This document shows, piece by piece, positions 54,490 to 64,000 of a stretch of 64,000 nt of DNA (the stretch's first letter is position 1; the number at the start of each line of letters is the position of its first letter). The translations under genes were made by a program, and so were the position numbers. Under the pieces are notes generated by a model. That model had not been told where the DNA came from. It saw nothing but the letters and a program-made list of their open reading frames with translations, and did not search any database. Source of the DNA: Ignavibacteriota bacterium (lineage in GTDB: Bacteria > Bacteroidota > Ignavibacteria > UBA10030); contig CAVSHO010000001.1 in the NCBI GenBank assembly GCA_963727825.1, positions 404,879 through 468,878 on the forward strand. Reading direction: 5' to 3'.

Positions 54490-54798
54490 ATGGACAAATG
54501 TGAACATACCCACCAAAGGACAAAAAACACTCTACTCTATACTTGGAGATTATTTTGCTTGGTTGTGTATTCTTTTCTTTGTAATTATAAGTGGAACTAT
54601 TCTTAAACGCAATCCAATCAGTCACACAAGTTAGAGGATTCTATGGGTTGATTCATTATTCTCCACAACTCGTATTCTAGTCTTGTTAAGTTAATGATAA
54701 TTCAACGAAATTTAAAAAAAGAAGATATATTGGAAATGGATGTTTTCCCAGAAGAGGTTTTGTAGGCATCCTGAAAATACAAAAAAATAGGAGCAAAT

Positions 54799-55401
54799 AT
54801 GGATAGAAAGGATTTTTTAAAAAGGTCATGCGGATTGGGCATCTGTTCATGCATAGGAATGAGTTTGATGACGACAGAAGAATTGTCGGCAGCGGTAATG
54901 CAAAGTCCTTTCGATGATAAAAAAACTCCGCTCGTGCCGGTAGATGCCAGACAAATACAAAATATGTTGAGCTATATCGATTCCTCGATGGATGAGTCCG
55001 TAAAGAAAAGTGTATTTGAAAAACTTGGCGCTGAGCATTTGACCCACCCGGGATTTAAAAAATTTATCCACGATGCAAAGAAAAATCTGCAAGTGTATTT
55101 TGACAACATTAATTCAAACAAAGATACGTATTGGGAAAAGATCGAATACCTTCCGGCAACTTCGACGATTAAAATCACGGGGAAGCCAGTGGACCGTTGC
55201 GCGTGTCCCTATGCTCAATCAGAAAATCCGCCGTTATCACTTTGTAACCATTGCTGCGTAGGATTTCAGAAAACCATGTTCGGAATGCTTCTCGAGAAAC
55301 CGGTGATTAAAGTACAGATCGATGAAAGTTTTCTCTTGGGCGGGAAGAGATGTAGTTCAACGGTATTTATTGATGGAAAATTGGGTTTGAAAAAAAGCTA
55401 A
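54799..55401 (+). CDS. Cys-rich hypothetical protein with a Tat-like signal
   Basis: MDRKDFLK; CACP, LCNHCCVG and GGKRC motifs; GGAG RBS. Confidence 0.7.
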   Translation: MDRKDFLKRSCGLGICSCIGMSLMTTEELSAAVMQSPFDDKKTPLVPVDARQIQNMLSYIDSSMDESVKKSVFEKLGAEHLTHPGFKKFIHDAKKNLQVYFDNINSNKDTYWEKIEYLPATSTIKITGKPVDRCACPYAQSENPPLSLCNHCCVGFQKTMFGMLLEKPVIKVQIDESFLLGGKRCSSTVFIDGKLGLKKS

Positions 55402-55465
55402 TGATTTATTGAATGGAAAGAGAATTCTCAACCGACCTCGGTCAATTTAATTATAGGCCCGATGT

Positions 55466-55615
55466 ATGAAAAAGATTATCCTTGCCTCAATTCTATCCTT
55501 TATCTTATTATTGGTGAGGTTTTCCGGCACAGAAGCTCAATCTTCAAAAATCGATTTTACAGGATCAAGGTATCCGTCACACATCAGAGTGTTATATTTG
55601 GCCAGCCCCGAATGA
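55466..55615 (+). pseudogene. Possible truncated secreted-protein remnant
   Basis: 49-codon ORF MKKIILASILSFILLLVRFSGTEAQ... looks like a signal peptide followed by an early stop. Confidence 0.3.
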
Positions 55616-55785
55616 TATGCCAATGATAAGTTAGTATTTTTTTATTATGGTACTTGCCCCCATCGTAGGTCCAAATTCAATGTAAGTATTTCTGCGATCA
55701 AACATTTTTGACCTAGCAAGCAATATAGATATTCAATATTGATGGACGTACTTCCATCGCATTCAATGCTCCGAGTCGTGGGTTC

Positions 55786-55847
55786 GTAGCGGGGGGGGGG
55801 ACTGTTGCGAACTAATACGCGAATTTGAAGCTCCTTTCATCGATTTT
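55786..55847. repeat. 62-bp dispersed repeat copy B
   Basis: GTAGC-G10-ACTGTTGCGAACTAATACGCGAATTTGAAGCTCCTTTCATCGATTTT; 46/62 ungapped identity to copy C. Confidence 0.8.
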
Positions 55848-55908
55848 ATGTAAATTTCAACGAAAGTAATTTTTAATTTGACTTTTTTTGAAACCTTTAA
55901 TATTATTA

Positions 55909-55929
55909 GACCGTAATACGAATATAGTC
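55909..55929. promoter_or_regulatory. TetR operator candidate 1
   Basis: GACCGTAATACGAATATAGTC, similar to GACCATAATACCGTATTGGTC at 56535; TTGACT upstream. Confidence 0.55.
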
Positions 55930-55941
55930 GAAAGGACTAAA

Positions 55942-56514
55942 ATGAACAAAGATGATATTGTCAGAGCCGAAATTTTAAAAGCTGCTGAACAAGTTTTTCA
56001 AAAATGGGGAAGCAATAAAACCACTATGGAAGATATTGCCCGCGAAGCAGGTAAAGGAAAGAGTACGCTTTATTACTATTATCAAAGTAAAGAAGAAATA
56101 TTTGATGCTGTAGTAATTGTTGAATTTGAAAATATCCTTCAAAAGGCAAAAGAATTAGCACAAGAGACTAAGACAGCAAAAGAAAGGTTGATCAAGTATA
56201 TGGTTGAATCAATCAATGAAATGAAAAGCAGGATTAGCGCGTATACAATTATCCGGGAAGAAATTAAACGAAACCAAAATTTTATCAGTAAACTTCGAGA
56301 TAGGTTTCAGGCAAGAGAGGAAAAATATATTCAGGAAATATTAGAACTTGGTTTGAAAAACAAAGAGTTCACATTTATTCATAAAAGTGAATTAACTACC
56401 GCAGCAAAGACAATAACAGGAATGATGCACGCACTTGAGCTTTATTTATTATTGGAAAATGATGATACTGCTCAGATAGATATTGCTGCCCGCTTTATCG
56501 CGAACGGACTTTAA
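55942..56514 (+). CDS. TetR/AcrR-family regulator
   Basis: TTMEDIAREAGKGKSTLYYYYQSKEEIF; ATG 55942 after AAAGGA. Confidence 0.95.
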   Translation: MNKDDIVRAEILKAAEQVFQKWGSNKTTMEDIAREAGKGKSTLYYYYQSKEEIFDAVVIVEFENILQKAKELAQETKTAKERLIKYMVESINEMKSRISAYTIIREEIKRNQNFISKLRDRFQAREEKYIQEILELGLKNKEFTFIHKSELTTAAKTITGMMHALELYLLLENDDTAQIDIAARFIANGL

Positions 56515-56534
56515 GTTTTTTTTGTCAATAATTC

Positions 56535-56555
56535 GACCATAATACCGTATTGGTC
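56535..56555. promoter_or_regulatory. TetR operator candidate 2
   Basis: GACCA-N11-TGGTC inverted repeat before the efflux genes. Confidence 0.6.
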
Positions 56556-56577
56556 TAATAATCCAAAGGATACAATT

Positions 56578-57615
56578 ATGAAAAATAAAAAGAATCAACT
56601 TGTCATTTTCTTTATTGGAATCGCACTTTCTGTGTGTGGCTGTTCCGGTAATTCTGGCGATCAAAATAATACTTCTGTTAAAGTTCAGGTTGAAAAAGTA
56701 AAACCCGCCGATGTAAGTCAGGAGCTTTCATACAGCGGCACCATAGAAGAATCCGAAACCATTCCGCTTAGTTTTTCTTCGGTAGGAACTGTGTCGAAAG
56801 TATTTGTTTCCGAAGGTGCAATTGTAAGGAAGGGACAAATCCTTGCGGAATTAGACAATGCAACGTATCAAAATACCTATGCTATGATGCATGCGTCCGA
56901 GGAGCAGGCAGAAGATGCTTTTAAACGCTTAACGCCGATGCATAATAATGGTAATCTGCCGGATGTAAAATATGTAGAAGTGGAAACCGGTTTGCAAAAA
57001 GCAAAAGCGGGAGCATCCATTGCCAGGAAAAATTTGGATGACTGCAAGTTATATGCAACTACCGATGGATATATCGGCAAACGATCCATCGAACCCGGAA
57101 TGACTGCTATGCCGAACCTCACTTCGATAACGATTGTGAAAATAAACAAAGTGTTAGCTCGCGTATCGGTTTCTGAGAACGAAATTGCCCTTATTCATAA
57201 AGGGCAAAAGGCAAACGTAACTATCGGTGCTTTGGGAACTGCAAGCTATGATGGCGTGGTGGAAGAAATCGGTGTCGTTGCTGACCCAATAGCACATTCA
57301 TATAAAATAAAAATTGGAATAGAGAACAAAGATTTGTCCATCAAGCCGGGGATGATCTGTTCTACAATCATTGAAAGCCCAAGCGCATTCCACGGTGTCG
57401 TTGTTCCGAGCAGAGCGGTTATGATCGATGAGTTGGGAAAGAATTTTGTATATGTCGTTTCATCACAAAATAAAGCACTGCGCAAATATATTCTCACCGG
57501 TCAGTTGCTGAACAGCGGTATTGAAGTACTGGATGGATTACAAATGAACGATACGATCGTTGTGGAAGGCCAACATAAACTCATTGAAAACGCCTTTGTG
57601 CAAATTGTGAAATAA
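56578..57615 (+). CDS. RND efflux membrane fusion protein
   Basis: Lipoprotein-like signal; VSEGAIVRKGQILAELD, KPGM, GLQMND..VVEG. Confidence 0.93.
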   Translation: MKNKKNQLVIFFIGIALSVCGCSGNSGDQNNTSVKVQVEKVKPADVSQELSYSGTIEESETIPLSFSSVGTVSKVFVSEGAIVRKGQILAELDNATYQNTYAMMHASEEQAEDAFKRLTPMHNNGNLPDVKYVEVETGLQKAKAGASIARKNLDDCKLYATTDGYIGKRSIEPGMTAMPNLTSITIVKINKVLARVSVSENEIALIHKGQKANVTIGALGTASYDGVVEEIGVVADPIAHSYKIKIGIENKDLSIKPGMICSTIIESPSAFHGVVVPSRAVMIDELGKNFVYVVSSQNKALRKYILTGQLLNSGIEVLDGLQMNDTIVVEGQHKLIENAFVQIVK

Positions 57616-57632
57616 TAGCAAACGGAAAGTAC

Positions 57633-60600
57633 ATGAATATGGAAAAGAAACATACATTGCTAGAAAGGCTTTTGCAGTACAAACAGGTGCTGTATATCTT
57701 TACCGTTATTTGTATTCTAGTAGGAGTGGTAGCCCTCTTCCAGATGCCGCGCGATGAATATCCGACATTTACAGTACCAACAGGTCTCATCGTTGGTGTG
57801 TTCCCCGGCGCCTCTTCTCATCAGGTAGAAGAACAATTGACAGCTAAAGTAGAGAATTATCTGTTCCAGTATAAGTCGGTTGATCGCTCCAAGACGTATT
57901 CCGTTTCAAAAGAGAACGTCATGCTCATCTATGTTCAGGTCTCAGATGCTGAAAAGGATAAAGATGGATTTTGGGCGAAATTGCGCCATGGCTTGAATGA
58001 TTTGAAAGTAGAACTGCCTGCCGGAGTCACTTCTTTAACGGCGGATAATGATTTTGGTAGTACGTCTGCAATGCTGCTTGCTGTTCAGTCTGAGACAAAG
58101 ACATATAAAGAACTTGAAAATTATATTAAGTCTTTTGAAGACGATGTGCGTAAAGTACCGTCGGTCTCTAAAGTAAAACATTACGGCCTGCATAAAGAAC
58201 AAATCAGTATTTACATGGATGATGCCAAGCTCGCTAATTATGGCATAAAACCTATTCAGGTCCTTATTGCTCTTAAGCCGCAAAGCACCGTAAATTATAT
58301 GGGGGAGATAGATGATGGTAAATATGTGCGTCCGATCCATATTACCTCAAACCTTAAAACCGAACAGGATGTAGCAAGCCAAATTATTTATTCCGATCCG
58401 CAAGGCAATGTTGTACGCGTCAAGGATATTGCAAAAGTAGTGCGTGAATATGAGGATATGGATTCCTATATCCGTGTCAACGGAAAAAAATGCTTGCTTG
58501 TTTCGCTTGAAATGAAATCAGGGGAGAATATTGTCCAATTTGGTGATGCAGTACAAAAAGCCATTGATAAGTTCTCTGTCATGCTTCCACCTGATATAAA
58601 GATCATCACTATTTCCAATATCCCCAATGTCGTGTCGAAAGCTATTGCAAATTTTCTCAAAGAATTTGCCATTGCAATGTTAGCTGTAATATTGGTTACT
58701 GTCCTTCTGCTTCCATTAAGAGTTGCCCGTATTGCGGCAATGTCAATTCCAACTTCTATACTGACAGCTATCGGGATCATGTGGATAAATGGAATAGAGC
58801 TGCAAACCGTTTCACTAGCAGGTTTAATTATTGTCCTTGGTATCACTGTGGATGATGCTATCGTTATAGTCGATAATTATATAGAGAAGTTGGATCAGGG
58901 CATGACTCCGTTCGATGCTGGAACAAAAAGTGTAACCCAGCTCTTTAGTTCCGTGCTTTCCGCTACGCTTATTATCATAGCATGTTTTATGCCGATGCCG
59001 ATATTTATGACCGGTCAAGGTGGAGATTTTATCCAGTCACTTCCGACTACCATTATGTATGCATTGCTCATATCATTGCTGCTTTCAGTCTCTATCATAC
59101 CCTTGTTAAGTTACACATTTATTAAAACAGGCATAAAAGGCAGTTCATCAAAAAAAGGGAAAGTGACATTTCTCGATAGACTTCAGAATTTTTATAACAA
59201 ACTTCTTGAGAATGCCTTCAAAAGAAAAAAACTGGTCGTTCTTGCAGGTGGTCTTTCGTTCATTATAGGACTTGTGTTGATTGCGGTTACTCCGCAGCAG
59301 TCATTCCCAAAACTTGAAAGGAACCAATTTGCAGTGGAAGTATTTCTGCCCATCGGAAGTTCTCTGCAAAAAACAGATTCTGTTATCACAGATCTTGAGG
59401 GAATACTTCAAAAAGACCCGCGCGTTCAAGTCGTGACGTCATTTATTGGAACAAGCTCACCACGTTTTAATGCTCTCTATGCACCCAATTTTCCTGCAAA
59501 GAATTATGGTCAATTGGTTGTGGTCACGGAATCGAACAAGGCTACGGTTGAAATTCTCGACGAGTACAGCAAGAAATTGGAAGGCAAATATCCCCTTGCC
59601 AATATAAAATGGAAGCAATTGGCTTTCGAAATATTCAAGGCTCCAATCGAGATCCGTATTTCGGGAGATAGTATTCAGACCAACAAACAGACGGCAAATC
59701 GTGTCTCTGATATTTTACGCCAATTCAAGGATCTCGAATTCATACGTACCGATTATGAACAACCTTTGCAATCTGCCGATCTGGTCGTAAGGAGAGATGA
59801 AGCAGCGCGGCTTGGTTATTCGAATTCGCTTCTGGCGTATTCGCTGATGGTAGGAACAAAAGGATTCCCGATCTCAACCGTATGGGAAGGAGATTATCCC
59901 GTTGAGGTGAAATTAAAAATCAATAAAAAGATCAAATCCAGTCCTAGTGATATCATGAATCAATATGTGACCTCTCCATTTACGTTCTCCTCTGTTCCGG
60001 TTCGTCAGTTGGCAACAATAAAGCCAGGTTGGACAGAAGGAGAAATTGTACGGCGTAACGGAGTACGAACCATAACTGTTTTTGCAGAAATAAAAAGAGG
60101 ATTACTTCCTGCAACGATATTTAGTAAAATCAAACCTCTTGTCGATAAAATGGACTTGCCTCCCGGCGTTTCGGTCGAATACGGCGGCGATTATCAAATG
60201 AGCATTGAGAATATTACGCCGATGTACTATTCACTTATAGTAAGTATCACCCTGATATTTCTTATCCTTATGTTTCAATTCAAGAATATTAAAACAACGC
60301 TTTTGATCATGGTGACGCTCCCGCTAAGTGTCTTCGGCGCCGCGTTTGGCGTGTTTGTAACAGGATATCCATTCGGGACAACGGCGTTTATTGGACTGAT
60401 CGGCTTAATGGGTATCGTTGTACGAAATGGAGTAATATTTGTTTCGTATGCAGAAGAACTTCGTCACGAGCATGGACATTCATTAGAAGAAGCGGCGATC
60501 TCGGCGGGTAAGAGAAGAATGCGTCCGATATTCCTTACTTCAGCCGCTGCTGCCGTAGGCGTTATTCCGATGATTGTGAGCGGTTCTTCGCTGTGGGGAC

Positions 60601-60728
60601 CGCTTGGTACTGTAATATGTTTCGGGCTGCTTTTTGCACTTGTGCTCTCATTGCTGGTGCTGCCCGTGCTGTACTATTTGTTCCACAGAAAAGATTTTAA
60701 AATAGTTGAAGAAAGTGAGACACTATGA
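57633..60728 (+). CDS. RND (AcrB/AcrD/AcrF family) efflux permease
   Basis: 1031 aa; FPGAS, GITVDDAIV, GIVVRNG, RMRPIFLTS. Confidence 0.95.
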   Translation: MNMEKKHTLLERLLQYKQVLYIFTVICILVGVVALFQMPRDEYPTFTVPTGLIVGVFPGASSHQVEEQLTAKVENYLFQYKSVDRSKTYSVSKENVMLIYVQVSDAEKDKDGFWAKLRHGLNDLKVELPAGVTSLTADNDFGSTSAMLLAVQSETKTYKELENYIKSFEDDVRKVPSVSKVKHYGLHKEQISIYMDDAKLANYGIKPIQVLIALKPQSTVNYMGEIDDGKYVRPIHITSNLKTEQDVASQIIYSDPQGNVVRVKDIAKVVREYEDMDSYIRVNGKKCLLVSLEMKSGENIVQFGDAVQKAIDKFSVMLPPDIKIITISNIPNVVSKAIANFLKEFAIAMLAVILVTVLLLPLRVARIAAMSIPTSILTAIGIMWINGIELQTVSLAGLIIVLGITVDDAIVIVDNYIEKLDQGMTPFDAGTKSVTQLFSSVLSATLIIIACFMPMPIFMTGQGGDFIQSLPTTIMYALLISLLLSVSIIPLLSYTFIKTGIKGSSSKKGKVTFLDRLQNFYNKLLENAFKRKKLVVLAGGLSFIIGLVLIAVTPQQSFPKLERNQFAVEVFLPIGSSLQKTDSVITDLEGILQKDPRVQVVTSFIGTSSPRFNALYAPNFPAKNYGQLVVVTESNKATVEILDEYSKKLEGKYPLANIKWKQLAFEIFKAPIEIRISGDSIQTNKQTANRVSDILRQFKDLEFIRTDYEQPLQSADLVVRRDEAARLGYSNSLLAYSLMVGTKGFPISTVWEGDYPVEVKLKINKKIKSSPSDIMNQYVTSPFTFSSVPVRQLATIKPGWTEGEIVRRNGVRTITVFAEIKRGLLPATIFSKIKPLVDKMDLPPGVSVEYGGDYQMSIENITPMYYSLIVSITLIFLILMFQFKNIKTTLLIMVTLPLSVFGAAFGVFVTGYPFGTTAFIGLIGLMGIVVRNGVIFVSYAEELRHEHGHSLEEAAISAGKRRMRPIFLTSAAAAVGVIPMIVSGSSLWGPLGTVICFGLLFALVLSLLVLPVLYYLFHRKDFKIVEESETL

Positions 60729-62069
60729 AAAAGTATATTATAATCTGCCTGATCTGGATATGTGCGTTTCCTGTTTTTGCTCAACGAGCGTTGACATTGG
60801 ACGAAAGCAAACAGCTTGCACTGCAGAACAACGCCAAGATAAAAAATGGCGCGCTGGAAATAGAGTCAATGCGGCAAACGAAAAAGGCAGCGTTCACAAA
60901 TTTTTTTCCATCAATCAGTGCCAGCGGAGCTATGTTTGAAGCGCAGAAGAACTTGATGGAAATATCCACGCAAGGCGGTAATCTTCCTGTCTTTGATGGA
61001 AAAGACCTTGCTGCTCTTTCTACAACCGCACAGTTTGCGTATATGCCGGCTTCAACTATGGGATTGCTGAAATCGGGAACGTTCGGTATGGTTACCGCTG
61101 TGCAGCCGATCTTTGCTGGTGGCAGAATCTGGAATGGCAATAAACTTGCGTCACTGGGCGAAAATATCAGCGAGTACAAGAACCAGCTTTCCCGAAACGA
61201 AGTGATTCTGAAGACAGAAGAACAGTATTGGTTGGTGGTATCATTGAATGAAAAATTTAAAACCATACAACGATATGAAGAACTATTAAACGATTTATTA
61301 GCGCAAGTAGAAGATGCTTATAAATCCGGTTTGGCTATGAAAAATGATCTGCTCAAGGTAAAAGTGAAGCGTAGCGAAGTTCTTCTCAATAAATCAAAAT
61401 TGGAAAACAGCCGAAAGCTCGCAACAATAGCGTTTTGCCAGTATATCGGCATCCCCTTCGATTCGGCATTGGTGTTAAAGGACTCGTTAGTGGTAAATGA
61501 ACTTCCTCAAACATATTTCATCGATCATTCTGCGGCACTTAACAATAGATCGGAATATCATTTGTTGCAAGCATCTGTACAAGCAGAGGAATTACAGACC
61601 AATATGAAACTTGGCGAGTATTTACCACAAGCCGGTATCGGCGTGAGCGGCCTGTATATGAAGTTGGACGAAGGAAAAGATCGAACTATTGGAATGGTCT
61701 TTGGTACTGTTTCCATTCCGATTTCTGACTGGTGGGAGTGCATCGCACACTCTGCAGGAGCGGAGCATTAAAGAACAAATCGCACATAACTCTATGAAAG
61801 ACAATTCAGAATTATTATTGCTCCAGATGCAGAAAGCATGGCAGGATTTTTCAGATGCATATAAACAAGTCTTGTTAAGCGAAGAAGCTAAGGTGCAGGC
61901 TGAAGAAAACCTGAAAGTGAATCAAGATAGCTACAACAATGGCATGAGCAATCTTTCTGATCTGTTGGAAGCGCAAGCGCTGCAGCAGCAGATGAATGAT
62001 CAGTTGATAGATGCCAGGGCAGGATATCGAAGTAAGCAGATTATGTACTTGCAGGTAACAGGAAGATAG
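60725..62069 (+). CDS. TolC-family outer membrane factor, split by a +1 frameshift (probably an artefact)
   Basis: OEP motifs (ALQNN, VQPIFAGG, YLPQ) continue in 61689-62069 (AEENLK...DLLEAQ). Deleting one G of GGG at 61734-61736 gives DWWSASHTLQER. Confidence 0.88.
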
Positions 62070-62144
62070 CCGTCTATTTTCATATTCTATATTTTATTTT
62101 TTGCACAAGTTTAAGTCGTAGGTTTGTATCGGGGTGAAGAAATT

Positions 62145-62179
62145 AAAAAGGCGAATTCAAAATGGATTCGCCTGTTTTT
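62145..62179. terminator. Bidirectional terminator-like hairpin abutting repeat copy C
   Basis: AAAAAGGCGAATTCA-AAA-TGGATTCGCCTGTTTTT. Confidence 0.75.
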
Positions 62180-62241
62180 GTAGCGGGGGAGGGAACTCAT
62201 CCGAACTCAGCCTAATTGTTGAAGCTCCTATCAGCGATTTT
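62180..62241. repeat. 62-bp dispersed repeat copy C
   Basis: GTAGCGGGGGAGGGAACTCATCCGAACTCAGCCTAATTGTTGAAGCTCCTATCAGCGATTTT; the first 15 nt are the reverse complement of TCCCTCCCCCGCTAC, a tRNA-fMet-like 3' end. Confidence 0.85.
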
Positions 62242-62267
62242 CTCTAAAAAACGGGGGGTCGCTGAAC

Positions 62268-62924
62268 ATGAGAATCAACTATTCGGCAATAGTTGGTTCG
62301 GTTATCATTTTATTCCCTGTACTGATTTTCAGCCAGGTAACCGACACCATCACTATCCATCACAAGTATTATTCTGCCACTTTCAGTAAGTCGAAGCGCT
62401 TTCCGATTGTGGTTAAATATTGGCTTACTAGGGATATGCTCAATTGTGAACAAAGATATAAAAGGCAGAAGAGATTTAAGCCGGATCCATCGATTCCTGA
62501 GTATACCAATCTGGATAGGGATTACAAGAAATCCGGATACGATCGAGGGCATCAAATGGATGCCTTTGACTGTGGCTGCGATTCAATTGCTATGGCTGAA
62601 AGCTTTTATTATTCAAATATAGCTCCTCAGGTACCGGCATTGAATCGGGGCAATTGGAAGAAACTTGAAGATTACACACGAAAATTAGTAAAAGATTTCG
62701 ATAGCGTTCTTGTATGGTGTGGCTCAGTGACGATTGAATTGAAATATATTGGAAGGGTAGCCATCCCGGATTATTGCTGGAAAGTCCTGTACATCAAGAA
62801 GCTCGATAGAGTGGAATCCTATTCGTTTCGGAATGATGGTCCGCGATTGGGAGACTTTCATTCTTATGAGGTATCTCTCGATTCAATACAGCAGTTATCG
62901 AGAATAGCATTTTCGCAACAATAG
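62268..62924 (+). CDS. Secreted DNA/RNA non-specific endonuclease (NucA-like)
   Basis: Signal peptide; YKKSGYDRGH, SFYYSNIAPQ..LNRG.W..LE, AIPDYCWK. Confidence 0.92.
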   Translation: MRINYSAIVGSVIILFPVLIFSQVTDTITIHHKYYSATFSKSKRFPIVVKYWLTRDMLNCEQRYKRQKRFKPDPSIPEYTNLDRDYKKSGYDRGHQMDAFDCGCDSIAMAESFYYSNIAPQVPALNRGNWKKLEDYTRKLVKDFDSVLVWCGSVTIELKYIGRVAIPDYCWKVLYIKKLDRVESYSFRNDGPRLGDFHSYEVSLDSIQQLSRIAFSQQ

Positions 62925-63020
62925 AGGACACCATGGGCTCTGAAAAATGTGCATTCATTGATTCTTATTCATTTTTAGTCTAACTTTTTGCAATACAATT
63001 ACTGATTGGTATTAAATCCA

Positions 63021-64000
63021 ATGGCATTTCAAACCGATACTCCATTTAACGATTTACCAAAACTTCCGCCAAAAGCGGATGTTGAAACTGCGCGGTTATT
63101 AAAAAAGGCCGCCAGTGCCCGCGGTGCACTCGGTGAATTAAAGGGTGTTGGCAAGTTGCTCCCCAATGAGGCTATTTTGCTCAATACTTTAATTCTCGAA
63201 GAAGCGCGGGATAGCTCTGAAATTGAAAATATTATTACTACACGTGACAATCTCTACAAAGCGTTTGCATCAGGCTCTAAGAATATTGACCCTGCAACAA
63301 AAGAAGTTCTTCGATATCGGTCTGCCTTGTGGAAAGGTTATGAACTTGTGCAGAAAAAGGGATTCATTTCCACAAATATGATCGTTGATATTCAAGAAGA
63401 ACTCATCGAAACGAATGCCGGTATCCGAAAACTTCCTGGAACAAAGCTCGCGAATGACAAGACCGGTCAAGTGATCTATACGCCACCAGAAGGAGAGCAC
63501 GTCATCCGGGATCTACTTGGTAACTTGGAAAAATATCTCAATGATGAACAGGGTATTGATCCTCTCATTGTCATGGCAATCTTGCATTATCAGTTTGAAG
63601 CTATTCATCCATTCTATGATGGTAATGGACGAACGGGCAGGATTATCAACGTTCTCTATTTAACTGCTACGGGAATTGCTTGACCTCCCTATTCTGTATC
63701 TGAGCAGTTATATTATCAACCATAAAACAGAATATTATAAGCTGCTTCTTCGTGTAACAACGCATAACGAATGGGAAGCCTGGATTATATTTATCCTCAA
63801 TGCAATAGAAAAGACCGCACACGATACAATTAAGAAGGTTAATATTATTCATGAACTATTGCAGAATACAATTGAAGAAGTAAAAAAGAAGCTCCCCGAT
63901 ATTTATACAAAAGAACTAGTCGAACTTCTCTTTGATCAACCATACAGTAAGATCCAATTATTGGTTGAGCATAAGATTGCCAAACGGCAAACAGCGGCAG
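63021..64000 (+). CDS. Fic-domain protein (frameshift at about 63672; runs off the window end)
   Basis: SSEIENI, HPFYDGNGRTGR. Deleting one G of GGG at 63671-63673 continues ELLDLPILYLSSYII...YYKLL...WEAWI in a frame open to 64000. Confidence 0.9.

Noticed and set aside
55791-55800. G10 tract as a phase-variable promoter switch for tetR
   Set aside because: It aligns without gaps to the G-rich head of the repeat family, lies about 80 bp upstream of the -35, and homopolymers are unreliable in this assembly.

Overview
Bacterial chromosome window, AT-rich. Gene content and the use of sigma70-like TTGAC promoters with AGGAG Shine-Dalgarno sites suggest an Ignavibacteria-like FCB organism (inference). 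1-13.3 kb holds cspA, a HAD hydrolase, eda, decaying receiver/kinase paralogues, a FIST + 10-PAS kinase + UvrY/NarL-type regulator module and an IS30 element. 13.7-32.6 kb is a co-oriented chemosensory cluster: cheW, a HEAT protein, cheR, two CheY-type genes, two CheZ-like genes, cheA, cheB, two kinases, one MCP and two transporter-less sugar-binding proteins. Unusually, it also embeds an orphan HerA/DUF87 ATPase and a TerB-like/receiver fusion. 33.4-40.6 kb has a two-component set and a minimal PilB/PilC system with leaderless pilin-like proteins. From 40.8 kb onward is a string of cargo modules: an aminotransferase/CDP-alcohol phosphotransferase/cytidylyltransferase trio, lysE, zwf-pgl, perR-katG, a wHTH/transglutaminase-FGE/ABC operon, TetR-RND efflux, an endonuclease and Fic. 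The most striking unexplained signal is a 62-bp ungapped repeat at 44537, 55786 and 62180, with degenerate relatives at 32688, 47059 and 47147. It begins with what looks like the reverse complement of a tRNA-Met 3' end and sits at the boundaries of integrase-less modules, suggesting a tRNA-anchored, cassette-like accretion array. Four +1 homopolymer frameshifts look like sequencing error. No CRISPR array, rRNA or complete tRNA was recognised.
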